A stretch of 64,000 nt of DNA from a virus. A program made the position numbers and the translations under genes. Below the pieces are notes generated by a model. The model worked only from the letters and a program-made list of their open reading frames with translations. It was not told the DNA's origin and did not search any database. Below, piece after piece: positions 18,676 to 28,781 of the stretch. Where the stretch lies: positions 21,962-85,961 of the IMG/VR virus record IMGVR_UViG_3300042883_000668. The stretch is one strand, 5' to 3'. Numbering within the stretch: the stretch's first letter is position 1; each line of letters opens with the position of its first letter.

Positions 18676-18906
18676 ATGGAAGATCAAGTAAACACAGTAA
18701 CTGAGGTTACTTCAGTAGCAAAGACTACTACAACAGCTAGAACAATTTCTAAAGTAGAATTAGCTTCAATGGTTGAATCAGGAACTAAGAAAGAAGCTAT
18801 TGCAGCTCATTATGGTTTAAATACTGCTCAAACAACTAAGTTGTTAAAATCAGCAGGTTTAAAAATTCGTAAATTTCATGCACCAGCATTTACTTTAGTA
18901 GACTAA
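18676..18906 (+). CDS. small HTH-like protein
   Basis: KKEAIAAHYGLNTAQTTKLLK. Confidence 0.5.
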   Translation: MEDQVNTVTEVTSVAKTTTTARTISKVELASMVESGTKKEAIAAHYGLNTAQTTKLLKSAGLKIRKFHAPAFTLVD

Positions 18907-18907
18907 T

Positions 18908-20002
18908 ATGGTTACTAGAGAAGATATTCAAAATAAAGTACTTTCTATGTTAATTAAAATAGATAGAGGTACAGCAGCACTTTCTGGTGGAACTGGAAAA
19001 ACATTAATTGGTTTAAAGCATATGGATCATATGTTTGTTAAAGGAATAAATGATAAATTTTTAGTAGTTGCACCAAAAAGATCAATTTTTGAATCTTGGA
19101 AAGATGATGCTAAAAAATTTAATCTTGAATTTCTTCTTGAACATATTACTTTTTCCACTTATTTATCTTTAAATAAACAAGCTAATGATTATAATATGAT
19201 TTATTTAGATGAATGTCATTCACTTAAATTAAGTCATAATGAGTGGTTAAGTAAGTTTAAAGGTATAATAATTGGATTAACCGGAACTCCTCCTAAAGAT
19301 GAAAAGTCTGAAAGAGGATTTATGGTAGATAAATATTGTCCTGTAATATATTCATATAATACAGATCAGGCAGTAGATCACTCTATATTAAATGATTATA
19401 GAGTAGTTGTACATTATGTACAATTAGATAAAGAAAAAAATATTAAGGTTGTGAAACCTCAAGCTACTTGGATGACTAGCGAACATGCTATTTATACTTA
19501 TTGGTCAGGAAGAGTAGAAAACTCACATGGTAAGATGAAACAGATTGCAGCTATACAACGCATGAAGGCAATGCAGGGATTTTTCACCAAAGAAGTTAAA
19601 GCTAAGAACCTGTTAGATAGTATAGGATTATACAGTAAATGTTTATGTTTTGCTAGTACCCAAGAACAGGCAGCAAGAATATGTCCTATAACTTATCATT
19701 CTAATAATAAATTCTCTGAATCTAATTTAGAGAAATTTAAAGTTAGTACTGGTATGAATAATAAATTATGTGCAGTAGAACAACTATCAGAAGGTGTTAA
19801 TATACCTAATCTAAAGTTTGGAATTATCTTACACTCTTACGGCAATGAGAGAAAAGCTAGTCAAAAGATATTTAGATTTCTTAGATTAAATCCTGATGAT
19901 TGTAGTACTATACACATACTTTGTTATAAGGATACAATTGATGAACAATGGGTTAAATCTGCATTAGAAGGATTTAACCAAGATAAAATAACATACTTAT
20001 GA
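18908..20002 (+). CDS. superfamily 2 (DExH) helicase
   Basis: GGTGKT, DECH, GLTGTP, LSEGVNIP, Q...R.LR. Confidence 0.9.
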   Translation: MVTREDIQNKVLSMLIKIDRGTAALSGGTGKTLIGLKHMDHMFVKGINDKFLVVAPKRSIFESWKDDAKKFNLEFLLEHITFSTYLSLNKQANDYNMIYLDECHSLKLSHNEWLSKFKGIIIGLTGTPPKDEKSERGFMVDKYCPVIYSYNTDQAVDHSILNDYRVVVHYVQLDKEKNIKVVKPQATWMTSEHAIYTYWSGRVENSHGKMKQIAAIQRMKAMQGFFTKEVKAKNLLDSIGLYSKCLCFASTQEQAARICPITYHSNNKFSESNLEKFKVSTGMNNKLCAVEQLSEGVNIPNLKFGIILHSYGNERKASQKIFRFLRLNPDDCSTIHILCYKDTIDEQWVKSALEGFNQDKITYL

Positions 20003-20601
20003 TGGAAAAATTTAGTGTAGACTTAAGCAAATTATATACTAATAAACTAAAATTAGAAGAATGGTTTATTTTATATTGTTTAGTCAATAAAGAAGAAGAA
20101 ATACTTGTAAAATATGTCCAAAGTTGTGGACCAATTGATACAGAAGTATTTTATAATTTAAGAAATTCTGGATTTATTGTATTGAAAGATGCTTTAAATT
20201 GCACTTTTAATAGTATTATTGTGACTGAAATCACAAAAAACCTATTTAATGTGCAAGATAGTGCACTTTTTGATACATTATTCAGAGAATTGTTGTCTAC
20301 TTATCCTAGTAGTGTTAAAAGAATTACTGGTGGTACAAGAAGATTGCATAATGATTTAGTAAGATGTAAAAAGTTATATAGATCTTGTCTAGTTAACGGT
20401 GAAAATATAAATATAGATTTACATAAGAAAATATTATTATGTGTTCAATTGTATTACAGAGAGCACTTAAAGGATAATAAACAAGAATTTATGCAATTAT
20501 TAGCTACATTTCTTTCTCAAAGAACTTTTGAGCAATATCTAAGTGATGTTACTAAAATAGAAGTATTACCTAAATCAAACACTGACTATGACGCAATTTA
20601 A
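19999..20601 (+). CDS. putative replication initiator / helicase-loader-like protein
   Basis: position directly upstream of DnaB; F.EL...YP and ..TFL.Q..FE motifs. Confidence 0.45.
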   Translation: MMEKFSVDLSKLYTNKLKLEEWFILYCLVNKEEEILVKYVQSCGPIDTEVFYNLRNSGFIVLKDALNCTFNSIIVTEITKNLFNVQDSALFDTLFRELLSTYPSSVKRITGGTRRLHNDLVRCKKLYRSCLVNGENINIDLHKKILLCVQLYYREHLKDNKQEFMQLLATFLSQRTFEQYLSDVTKIEVLPKSNTDYDAI

Positions 20602-21646
20602 GCAAAGAATAGAACAAGGATTATCAGGTGAATACACTGGATTAGCTAACGGCTTTGATAGAATTAACAAGTACATTTATAATATTCAAAGAAGTTGTTA
20701 CACCTTAATAGGTGGACTGTCAGGAAGTTCTAAAACAACTCTTTGTGATTTTATATTATTGAATGGCTTACAAGATGCTAAGGCTAAAGGTATTCCATTT
20801 AATGTTACTTATTACTCTTGGGAGATTGATGAAATTAGTAAGAAAGCTAATTGGTTATCTATTATGATTTATAAAAAGTATGATAGAGTAATATCACCAC
20901 AAACTATTAAAGGTTTAGGTGACTCTAGATTAACTGATGAAGAAAAAGAAATAGTGTATGCTGAATTACCTGAATTAGAAGAACTATTTGCAGAAATAGA
21001 TTGGCATTGGGTTCCAGAAAATCCTACAGGCTTGTATCACTTATGGTGGAAAACAATGTCTGCTAAGGGTGAGTTTACAACAATACCATATACTGATGAG
21101 GAAGGTAATTCTAGAGAAAAAATAATCAGTTGGAAAGCTAATAATAAAGAAGAATACAATATTGTAGTGTTAGATCACATGGCTCTAGGTCGTCTAGAAA
21201 GAGGATTTAATCTTAAACAGAATATTGATAAAATGTCTGAGTATGTTGTTGCTTGTAGAAATATGTTTAATATGACATTTTTTGTAGTGCAACAATTTAA
21301 TCAAGGTTTGAGTTCAGTAGATAGATTGAAGTTTAAAGGTGCAGATATTTCTCCACAACAAACTGATTTCAAAGATTCTACTAATCCTTACCAAGATGCA
21401 GATGTAGTATTAGGTTTGATGAATGCTTATAAGATGGACTTAGAAACAAGTTTAACTTACAATATTAAAGTTGATGGATTTCCAGGTAATTTAAAAGGTA
21501 AATACAGACTTCTTAAAGTAATTAAGAATAGATTAGGTCAAGATAATATATCCATAGGATTATATACTAAACCTGAAGCTGGTTATTTTGAAGAATTACC
21601 TAGAGAAATGACAACAGAAGATTACACAATGTACTTAAACAAATAG
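20588..21646 (+). CDS. DnaB-like (SF4) replicative helicase
   Basis: GGLSGSSKTT, VVLDH, QQFN, QDADVVLGL, IKNRLG. Confidence 0.88.
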   Translation: MTQFKQRIEQGLSGEYTGLANGFDRINKYIYNIQRSCYTLIGGLSGSSKTTLCDFILLNGLQDAKAKGIPFNVTYYSWEIDEISKKANWLSIMIYKKYDRVISPQTIKGLGDSRLTDEEKEIVYAELPELEELFAEIDWHWVPENPTGLYHLWWKTMSAKGEFTTIPYTDEEGNSREKIISWKANNKEEYNIVVLDHMALGRLERGFNLKQNIDKMSEYVVACRNMFNMTFFVVQQFNQGLSSVDRLKFKGADISPQQTDFKDSTNPYQDADVVLGLMNAYKMDLETSLTYNIKVDGFPGNLKGKYRLLKVIKNRLGQDNISIGLYTKPEAGYFEELPREMTTEDYTMYLNK

Positions 21647-21647
21647 A

Positions 21648-21945
21648 ATGGGAAGAATTATCTTAGCTATCGGTAATCCTGGTAGTGGCAAATCTAGAGC
21701 CATATTAAATTTAGATGAGAATACAACTCTATTAGTTAAACCTAATAGAAAAGAACTACCTTTTAAGGGTGGTGCTGTGAAATACAGTTCAGAAAAAGGT
21801 AATGTAGTAAATTGTTCTACATTTCCAGAGCTTAAAGTTATATTAACTAAAGCTAATGATGGTACAAAATTCAAAACAATTGTTGTTGAGGATTTTACTC
21901 ACTTTTTAACTAATAGAGTTATGGCTGATGCCAAAATTAATGGGT
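21648..21945 (+). CDS. AAA_24-type P-loop ATPase, exon 1
   Basis: GNPGSGKS, IVVEDF; frame continues in exon 2 after splicing (...KING-F-QKWSDLA..., 222 aa total). Confidence 0.85.
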
Positions 21946-22165
21946 TCTACTAAAATTGAAGCTCAGGATAAACCTATTTAACTGACTGGAAACTCCTTAG
22001 AGTCTTACACACTCCCTACAACAGTGATGATTGTAGTATAGTAAAAGAGGTAAGAATTGGACAATCAGCAGCCAAGCATCTTTATGAGATGAAGGTTCAA
22101 CGACTATCGAAACACATATTTGTGAAAATATGAATGGAGTAGAGTAGACAAATTTTAGTCGAAAA

Positions 22166-22199
22166 TTTGTCGAAAAGGTAGGTTATTATTTTATCTTTG
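22166..22199 (+). promoter_or_regulatory. intron-internal promoter for the endonuclease
   Basis: TTTG-N22-TATCTTTG, 16 nt upstream of ATG 22216. Confidence 0.5.
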
Positions 22200-22215
22200 T
22201 AATAAAATAAATAAT

Positions 22216-22800
22216 ATGAGAAAAATTAATGGTAAATTAACAAAAGAATATCAAGCTTGGAAAGCAATGAAAGCTAGATGTTATTCTAATTGTCATAAAG
22301 ATAAAAATTATCAATTGAATAATATTCAAGTTTGTGATAGATGGAAAAATTCTTTTAAAAACTTTTTACAAGATATGGGAGTATCTCCTGAAAATCATTC
22401 TTTAGATAGAATTGATAATCTAGGTAATTATGAACCAAATAATTGTAAATGGGCAACAGCTAAAGAACAAACTTCTAATAGAAGTGATTTTAATTTAAAA
22501 TACACTTATAACGGAGAAACAAAAATACTTTCTGAATGGGCTGAATTATATAATTTAGATTATAATAATTTGCATAAAAGAATATTTAGAAGTAATATGT
22601 GTTTTGAAGAAGCTATTGTTTATGACAATTTAAAATTAATTTTTTATAAAAAAGAATTTAAAACTGCTCAAGAATGGAGTAAGTTATTAAATATACCTTT
22701 AAGTATTATTTATGATAGAAAATCAAGAGGTTGGACATCTGAAAGAATGTTTGAACAACCTATTGGTGCAAAGAAAAATGTAATAAAAGATATAGTCTGA
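22216..22800 (+). CDS. intron-encoded HNH homing endonuclease
   Basis: W..MK.RC, VCDRW, SLDRIDNLGNYEPNNCKWAT; stop overlaps the intron S element. Confidence 0.88.
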   Translation: MRKINGKLTKEYQAWKAMKARCYSNCHKDKNYQLNNIQVCDRWKNSFKNFLQDMGVSPENHSLDRIDNLGNYEPNNCKWATAKEQTSNRSDFNLKYTYNGETKILSEWAELYNLDYNNLHKRIFRSNMCFEEAIVYDNLKLIFYKKEFKTAQEWSKLLNIPLSIIYDRKSRGWTSERMFEQPIGAKKNVIKDIV

Positions 22801-22827
22801 CGTATAATGAAAATTATACGATATTTG

Positions 22828-23198
22828 TTCAAAAGTGGTCAGATTTAGCAGTTGACGTATTTCAAGGCTTGATTAAGATGGAAGAAAAGTTACGTGATGA
22901 TTTAAATGTGATAGTGATAGGACATACTGAAAGAAGTACTAATATGAATGGTGATACAGAAATTACTCTACAAACTGTAGGTAAATTATTGGATAACCAG
23001 ATTAAGATTCCTTCTTATTTTACTTATGTCTTACATGCTGATGTAAAAGAAGTGAATGGAAAAATGGAATATTCATTTTTAACTAATTATGATGGTCTAA
23101 GACTTGCTAAATCTCCAGAAGGTTGTTTAGATAAGTTTGAACCAAATGATTATAGATTAATTTTGGATAAAATAGCAAAATATCAATTAGGAGAGTAA
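22828..23198 (+). CDS. AAA_24-type P-loop ATPase, exon 2
   Basis: VIVIGH, GKLLD, AKSPEG; open frame extends back to the predicted 3' splice site. Confidence 0.85.
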
Positions 23199-23241
23199 TC
23201 CTTTCCTATAATTTAAATTATTAATTATAAAAACAAAAATT

Positions 23242-23835
23242 ATGTTCAATTTTGAAAATGCAGAAGTATCTAAAGGTAATTACAAAGAAACTATTAAACC
23301 AGGAATTAGTGTAGTTAAAACTACAGCTATTACTACTGGTGTTAGTTCACAAAAACAAACTCCTTATTTAGAGTTTGTAGTAGAAGATTCACATGGTGCT
23401 GAATTAAAACAACAGTATTATTTAAGTACTGTAGTTAATCCTGGTAAACAAAAGTCTGCTTGGGATATTTCTAAGAATGCAATTTTAGCATTAGTTGCTG
23501 CATCTAATAACTTAGACGAAGCTACAGCTAAAACTAAAATGCCTAATGCTAAATCTGCTGAAGAATTAGCTCAGAAGTTAGCTATCTTATTAACAGGTAA
23601 AGAATTCAGATTAAAAATTACTGGTGAAGAGAAAATTTCTCAAAAAGGTACTAAGTATGTAGCTTCTTCATTTGGTAATGGTGTATTTTGTGAGTCTAAA
23701 TCAGTATCTGAAGCAGATTCTAAATTATACTTTAGTGCTGATAAGAATGTTAAAAAATTAGCTATTGAACCAGCGAATACTGCAGATGCTCAATCAGCAT
23801 TCTCTAGTCCTGCTGATGATTCAGTTACATTTTAA
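23242..23835 (+). CDS. putative single-stranded DNA-binding protein (DUF669-like)
   Basis: follows AAA ATPase; beta-rich with acidic aromatic tail DDSVTF. Confidence 0.6.
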   Translation: MFNFENAEVSKGNYKETIKPGISVVKTTAITTGVSSQKQTPYLEFVVEDSHGAELKQQYYLSTVVNPGKQKSAWDISKNAILALVAASNNLDEATAKTKMPNAKSAEELAQKLAILLTGKEFRLKITGEEKISQKGTKYVASSFGNGVFCESKSVSEADSKLYFSADKNVKKLAIEPANTADAQSAFSSPADDSVTF

Positions 23836-23875
23836 TTTGTCACATATTTGTCTATATTTGTGACAATAAAACAAT

Positions 23876-23908
23876 ACTCCTTAACCCCGTAAGGTTAGGG
23901 AGTTTTTT
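23876..23908 (+). terminator. intrinsic terminator-like hairpin
   Basis: ACTCCTTAACC-CCGTAA-GGTTAGGGGAGT followed by T-run. Confidence 0.6.
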
Positions 23909-23919
23909 AATTTAAATTT

Positions 23920-24930
23920 ATGTTCAACTTTGATAGTGCAAGTTTACAGATAACAAAAGATGAAATACTTAAGTATATTACAGAGTTACAGATATTAGAA
24001 AGATATTGTAGTAATTATAAATCAATAGATTCTAGTTTTAAATCAGAATTCTATAATGATAGAAATGCCAGTTGTAGAATAGTAATTAGTGCATCAGGAA
24101 TACCTTATTATAAAGATTTTGGTAATGGAGATTATTTTCTAGCATTTGATTATGTAAGTAGAAAGTATGGATCTAACTATCATGAAACTTGTAATATCAT
24201 TGCTAATGATTTTGGATTAAAAAGTACTAACTTTAATGTTACTCCTCAATTATTAATATCTAATGATACTCCTAAGCTAGTTAAAGTTAAATCTAATATT
24301 CAAGTAGTCGTAAGACCATTTAACATGTTAGATTATTACTATTGGAATCAATATCATATTTCACTAGCAACCTTACAATTATTTAATGTCAAAGCTTGTA
24401 AGAATGTTTATTTAGTCAAAGGAGATAAGCATTATGTGTTTAATCATAAGAATGATAATCCTTTATATTCTTATAAATTCTTTAAAAATAATACAGAATA
24501 TCTTAAAATTTATAGTCCTTATTCAGTTACTAAAGAAGGTAAATGGTTAAGTAATGTAGGTGCAGATTGTTTACAAGGTTATGATCAATTACCTGAAACT
24601 GGAGATTTACTTATTATAACAAAATCAATGAAAGACGTTTTGTGTCTATATGAAATGCAATATAATTCTGTAGCAGTACAAGCTGAAACAAATGACTTAT
24701 CTAAAAAAAGTTATGAAGAATTAAAAAGAAGATTTGGTATTATAATTTCTTTATATGATAATGATGAAGCTGGTAAAAATGGAGCACAAAAACTTTTGGA
24801 AAAGTATAATATTTTACCTATCTTTATACCTGAAATCACAGGTTGTAAAGACATAAGTGATTTTATAAAATCAAATAACTTAGTTAAAGCTAAGAAATTA
24901 ATTATAAAATTATTAAATGGGAAAATTTAA
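23920..24930 (+). CDS. DNA primase (TOPRIM, crAss-like)
   Basis: YKDFG, IITKSMKDV, LYDNDEAG, KDISDF. Confidence 0.85.
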   Translation: MFNFDSASLQITKDEILKYITELQILERYCSNYKSIDSSFKSEFYNDRNASCRIVISASGIPYYKDFGNGDYFLAFDYVSRKYGSNYHETCNIIANDFGLKSTNFNVTPQLLISNDTPKLVKVKSNIQVVVRPFNMLDYYYWNQYHISLATLQLFNVKACKNVYLVKGDKHYVFNHKNDNPLYSYKFFKNNTEYLKIYSPYSVTKEGKWLSNVGADCLQGYDQLPETGDLLIITKSMKDVLCLYEMQYNSVAVQAETNDLSKKSYEELKRRFGIIISLYDNDEAGKNGAQKLLEKYNILPIFIPEITGCKDISDFIKSNNLVKAKKLIIKLLNGKI

Positions 24931-25495
24931 AGATTTAACAGGAAATGTTTATGGTAGACTTACAGTAATAAAATTAGATAGTAGGAGAATTAAACCAAAA
25001 TCTCAACTTCCATCTATTTATTGGTTATGTAAATGTATTTGTGGTAAAGAAAAAGTTATAGCTGGAAGTTCTCTTAAACAAAATTTAACAAAAAGTTGTG
25101 GATGTATAGTTAAAGAATCAGGATTAAAAATTAGTGGACATCGAAGTTCTACTCGTGGAGCATTTGATGATTTACATAATGTTTATATGCGTGGTGCTAA
25201 AAGAAGAAATCTAATTTTTAATTTGACAATTGATGAATTTAAAAATTTAACAAGCAATAATTGTCATTATTGTGACGTTCCACCTTCACAGGTGAGAAAA
25301 TCTCAATCTAAATATAATTCTGAATCTAAAAATTACACATATAATGGTATAGATAGATTAGACTCTACTAAAGGATATATTTTAGGAAATGTAGTATCTT
25401 GTTGTCATACTTGTAATATTATGAAAAGAGATAAATCGTATTTAGAATTCTTAATTAGAATTGAGAAAATATATGAAAAATTAATTAAAAATTAA
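24917..25495 (+). CDS. free-standing HNH endonuclease
   Basis: DLTG..YGRLTV, WLCKCICG, CHYC, NGIDRLDS..GY...NVVSCC..CN. Confidence 0.85.
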   Translation: MGKFKDLTGNVYGRLTVIKLDSRRIKPKSQLPSIYWLCKCICGKEKVIAGSSLKQNLTKSCGCIVKESGLKISGHRSSTRGAFDDLHNVYMRGAKRRNLIFNLTIDEFKNLTSNNCHYCDVPPSQVRKSQSKYNSESKNYTYNGIDRLDSTKGYILGNVVSCCHTCNIMKRDKSYLEFLIRIEKIYEKLIKN

Positions 25496-25501
25496 TATAT
25501 T

Positions 25502-25792
25502 ATGATAAATTTAAACTGGCAACAATTTGTTGAAAAGTATTCTCCAATAAAGAATACATTTGTAAAAGATGCTGCATGTGATGGACACTTGTTTCAAGAA
25601 ACTGATCACTTAAAAGATATACCTAAAAATAAAATATGGACATTATTAGATAATAATGATGGTGAAGATATGTTTATTCTTAATGGATTATGGTTTATTA
25701 ATGCATTAGGGTATTTAGTAGCAAGAGAAGAATATGCTTTAGAAGAAAAAACTGAAGTAAGATTAGAAGATGGATATGAAATAAAAGAATAA
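25502..25792 (+). CDS. hypothetical phage protein
   Basis: 96-aa ORF. Confidence 0.65.
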   Translation: MINLNWQQFVEKYSPIKNTFVKDAACDGHLFQETDHLKDIPKNKIWTLLDNNDGEDMFILNGLWFINALGYLVAREEYALEEKTEVRLEDGYEIKE

Positions 25793-25794
25793 TT

Positions 25795-26235
25795 ATGGAA
25801 ATAATAAAAGTAAGTTTTGATCCCACTGAAATTTGGAATCATGAAGATTTTAGACAATTAATTAAAGCAATTAATGAAAATGATTATTCACATTTAGGAT
25901 TTGAATATGAATTATGGATTATTACTACAAATGATAGTCTTGCTTATATTAATGCCTTAGCTACACAACTTGATATTCCATCAGAAAGAGTTCAAATGTG
26001 TTTAAATGACTCTACTAAAGTAGGTATTATAATATTAAATAGTGACATTCATTTTGATAATGATCAAGTTATTATTAATACTTTAAGACCTAATACTACA
26101 CTTAATCCTGTAGGTATTTTAGTAGATAGAAAAATAGATTATCCAGGTATGGGACTTAAGTATATTAAGAACTTAGATACTTGGACAATGGCAATTATGA
26201 GAGAGAGGAATGGTGATGAGAAGAAAATTTGTTAA
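25795..26235 (+). CDS. degenerate HAD-fold-like protein
   Basis: KVSFD, LWIITT, K, IHFDND arranged like HAD motifs I-IV. Confidence 0.45.
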   Translation: MEIIKVSFDPTEIWNHEDFRQLIKAINENDYSHLGFEYELWIITTNDSLAYINALATQLDIPSERVQMCLNDSTKVGIIILNSDIHFDNDQVIINTLRPNTTLNPVGILVDRKIDYPGMGLKYIKNLDTWTMAIMRERNGDEKKIC

Positions 26236-26782
26236 GAAAACTAAAGTTTCTACAAAACCAAAGAAAAAAGCAGTTCCTCATGGAGTTCCAACTGTACATG
26301 ATGGTGTTCAACTAAGATCTGGATTAGAGAAAGTATGTTATCAGGCTTTACAGAAAGCCGGTATAACACACTTTAATTATGAAGATGATGTATTTGAACT
26401 ACAATCTAAATTTACTGCTTCAGGAACTAGTTATCAGCTTTATAAACGTATGATGACTTATGATGAAGCTAAAGCAGAAGGAATAAATGCTAGATTTAAA
26501 GATAAAAATAAAGCAAAGTATGTTTATCAATTTGGAGAAGTTACTAATAAAATGAGAGCAATCACTATTAAACCTGATTTTAGTTGTTTAAACAAAGACA
26601 CTAAAACTGGTTGGATTATAGAAACTAAGGGAGATTATACTAATGAGTATCTTCTTAAGTTAAGATTGTTTAAGTATTGGTGGACTATGAATGGATGGAT
26701 TATAGATTACTTTGCTCCTAACAACTTAACTAATGTAAACAAATGTATTAAATTAATTAAAGAAAAATATTATGGATTATAG
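26210..26782 (+). CDS. PD-(D/E)xK endonuclease (T7 endonuclease I / Holliday junction resolvase-like)
   Basis: RSGLE, KPDF, IIETKG. Confidence 0.8.
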   Translation: MVMRRKFVKKTKVSTKPKKKAVPHGVPTVHDGVQLRSGLEKVCYQALQKAGITHFNYEDDVFELQSKFTASGTSYQLYKRMMTYDEAKAEGINARFKDKNKAKYVYQFGEVTNKMRAITIKPDFSCLNKDTKTGWIIETKGDYTNEYLLKLRLFKYWWTMNGWIIDYFAPNNLTNVNKCIKLIKEKYYGL

Positions 26783-27251
26783 AGATAAATTTAAAAAAAT
26801 AAAAAGTGTCTACTTTATTACAATGTGTATTTGTAGTGTATTATTAGGTTGGTGTATTGGTAGATTAATTTTTTCAGATTATTCAAAACCTAAACTAATA
26901 CCTAAACCAAGTCCTTGTGCAGATACCGTTAGAATAGAAGGTTTCAGTGAAAACAATTTGATAGAATTTATGATGCTTATTGAAATACAATATCCTGAAA
27001 TTGTATTAGCTCAAGCTAAATTAGAATCTGGTAATTTTACATCTGAAAGATTTAAAAAATATAATGCTTTATTTGGTTTCCAAACATCAGATACAAATAT
27101 TATAAAATATAAATCTTGGAAAGAGTCAGTTATTCATTATAAAGCTTGGCAAATGAAAAGACTTAAAAGTAATGAAAATTATTATGACTTTTTAATTAGA
27201 ATAAAATATGCCTCAGATAGTAATTATATTAACAAATTAAAACAATTTTAA
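26772..27251 (+). CDS. membrane-anchored glucosaminidase/lysozyme-like muralytic enzyme
   Basis: N-terminal TM; VLAQAKLESG, NALFG, YA.D..Y..KL. Confidence 0.75.
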   Translation: MDYRDKFKKIKSVYFITMCICSVLLGWCIGRLIFSDYSKPKLIPKPSPCADTVRIEGFSENNLIEFMMLIEIQYPEIVLAQAKLESGNFTSERFKKYNALFGFQTSDTNIIKYKSWKESVIHYKAWQMKRLKSNENYYDFLIRIKYASDSNYINKLKQF

Positions 27252-27252
27252 A

Positions 27253-27435
27253 ATGCCAAAAGTAAACTACGCAGATTTAGAATCTGTAACAAAGTTTTTA
27301 GATAAATTAAGTTATGAACTTGAGATTGGTATTGAACCAGGAATCTGGAGTAAAAAAACAATACTTAAAGCTAAAGAATTATCTAAAATGATTAAAGATA
27401 AATACACTGAAATAAAACCTGATTATGAAAAGTAG
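27253..27435 (+). CDS. hypothetical protein
   Basis: 60-aa ORF. Confidence 0.55.
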   Translation: MPKVNYADLESVTKFLDKLSYELEIGIEPGIWSKKTILKAKELSKMIKDKYTEIKPDYEK

Positions 27436-28219
27436 TATTGCAATAATAGATTTAGACTCATTGTGTTATACTGCATTTCATCCTAATAAACAATTAGATG
27501 AATTTGGTATACCAATGAGAACTGATGACAATACAAAGTTTTTGTATATTGATAAATCAGAAGAAGAAATTGAATTATCTTGTGATAATTTAATGAGAAT
27601 GGTTTTAGAAAATTCTAAAGCTACACATTACATTGCTTTTATTAAAGGTAAAAATACTATAGCTAGTAAATTAGCAGTAGATCCTTTATATAAGCAAGAT
27701 AGAACTAAAGAATCTCCTAAAATGTGGGGATTTACAAAAGATTATTTTATTAAAAAACATGGTGCAATAGAAGTAAATAATATTGAAACGGATGATGCTG
27801 TAAATATTGCTAGATTAAATATTCCAAATGCTTTTATTTGTGCCATAGATTCTGATCTATTAGGATTAGAAGGTACTCATTACAATTGGAAAACTGGAAA
27901 TTGGATTACTTGTACTAAAGAAGAAGCTAATTTGAAGTTTTGGCAAGATATGATTAAAGGAACTCACAATAATACTAAAGGAATTCCAAAAAAAGGTCAA
28001 GTGTATGTAAATAAGTTGTTTAATAATGTAAATAATAATTATGCAATTAATGTATTACATGAATATATTGAACATTTTGGTGAAGAAATTGGAATTAAAG
28101 AATACTATAAAAATTATATCTGTTTGTATATACTGGAAAAATATGATAATATGATAATTCCAGAACCAATAAAAAGCACAGAAGTTTATGCAAGAACGCT
28201 TGGAGTGGTTGGAGAATAA
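27425..28219 (+). CDS. 5'-3' exonuclease (T5/T7 flap family)
   Basis: IIDLDS, YKQDR, ETDD, DSDL, KGIPK.G. Confidence 0.8.
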   Translation: MKSSIAIIDLDSLCYTAFHPNKQLDEFGIPMRTDDNTKFLYIDKSEEEIELSCDNLMRMVLENSKATHYIAFIKGKNTIASKLAVDPLYKQDRTKESPKMWGFTKDYFIKKHGAIEVNNIETDDAVNIARLNIPNAFICAIDSDLLGLEGTHYNWKTGNWITCTKEEANLKFWQDMIKGTHNNTKGIPKKGQVYVNKLFNNVNNNYAINVLHEYIEHFGEEIGIKEYYKNYICLYILEKYDNMIIPEPIKSTEVYARTLGVVGE

Positions 28220-28781
28220 TGGTTATATTAATAATAATGTAATTAAAAATACCAAAACTACAACATTTTTAATGCCTTTAATTGGCATATCTGAATTTAG
28301 TATTGAACATCTTAACCCTAAATTGTTAATAAATGCTCATATTAAAAGTAAAGAAGATAAATTAATTTATGTAATTTTGAATAAGTTAGACTTTCCTGAA
28401 CAAGCTAATGATTATGTAATTATTCAAAATTTAAATGAACACTTTGTTGAATACATTGACGAAGAACAAGAATACATATTAATTTATAAAATACCTGAAC
28501 ACTTTTATGATGATTATGATAAAATACTAGATGGACAATATTCTAAAACTAGTATTCATTATAAAGAAATCATGATTAGAGTTTATGGTATACAAACAAA
28601 TAGAGATAATTATTTATCTACAGTTCATGATGTATTATATCCTACAATTATTAAAAGAGAGCAATATGCTGTATTTTTAAATGTAGATGTAAAGTTAATT
28701 CAAGAAGTATGTAGTAAACCTAAATTACCTTATGAAACATATAAAACTATAAAACAATTAAAAGAAAATTATGGAATATAA
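28188..28781 (+). CDS. hypothetical protein
   Basis: 197-aa ORF with G.YSK motif. Confidence 0.65.
   Translation: MQERLEWLENNGYINNNVIKNTKTTTFLMPLIGISEFSIEHLNPKLLINAHIKSKEDKLIYVILNKLDFPEQANDYVIIQNLNEHFVEYIDEEQEYILIYKIPEHFYDDYDKILDGQYSKTSIHYKEIMIRVYGIQTNRDNYLSTVHDVLYPTIIKREQYAVFLNVDVKLIQEVCSKPKLPYETYKTIKQLKENYGI

Larger units (their letters stand above)
21946..22827 (+). mobile_element. group I intron (IA-like) carrying an HNH homing endonuclease
   Basis: P/Q/R/S elements ACTGACTGGAAAC, AATCAGCAG, TTCAACGACTA, AAGATATAGTCT; P1 UGGGU/GCUCA with U.G at the 5' site; P10 UUGAA/UUCAA; P9 GAAA hairpin; terminal G22827. Confidence 0.92.

Noticed and set aside
22869-23198. Independent 109-aa gene starting at TTG
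   Set aside because: Better explained as exon 2 of the intron-split ATPase
7000-25857. Minus-strand ORFs 7000..7182, 8097..8405, 21635..21874, 25606..25857
   Set aside because: Antisense to well-supported plus-strand genes, with no recognisable motifs
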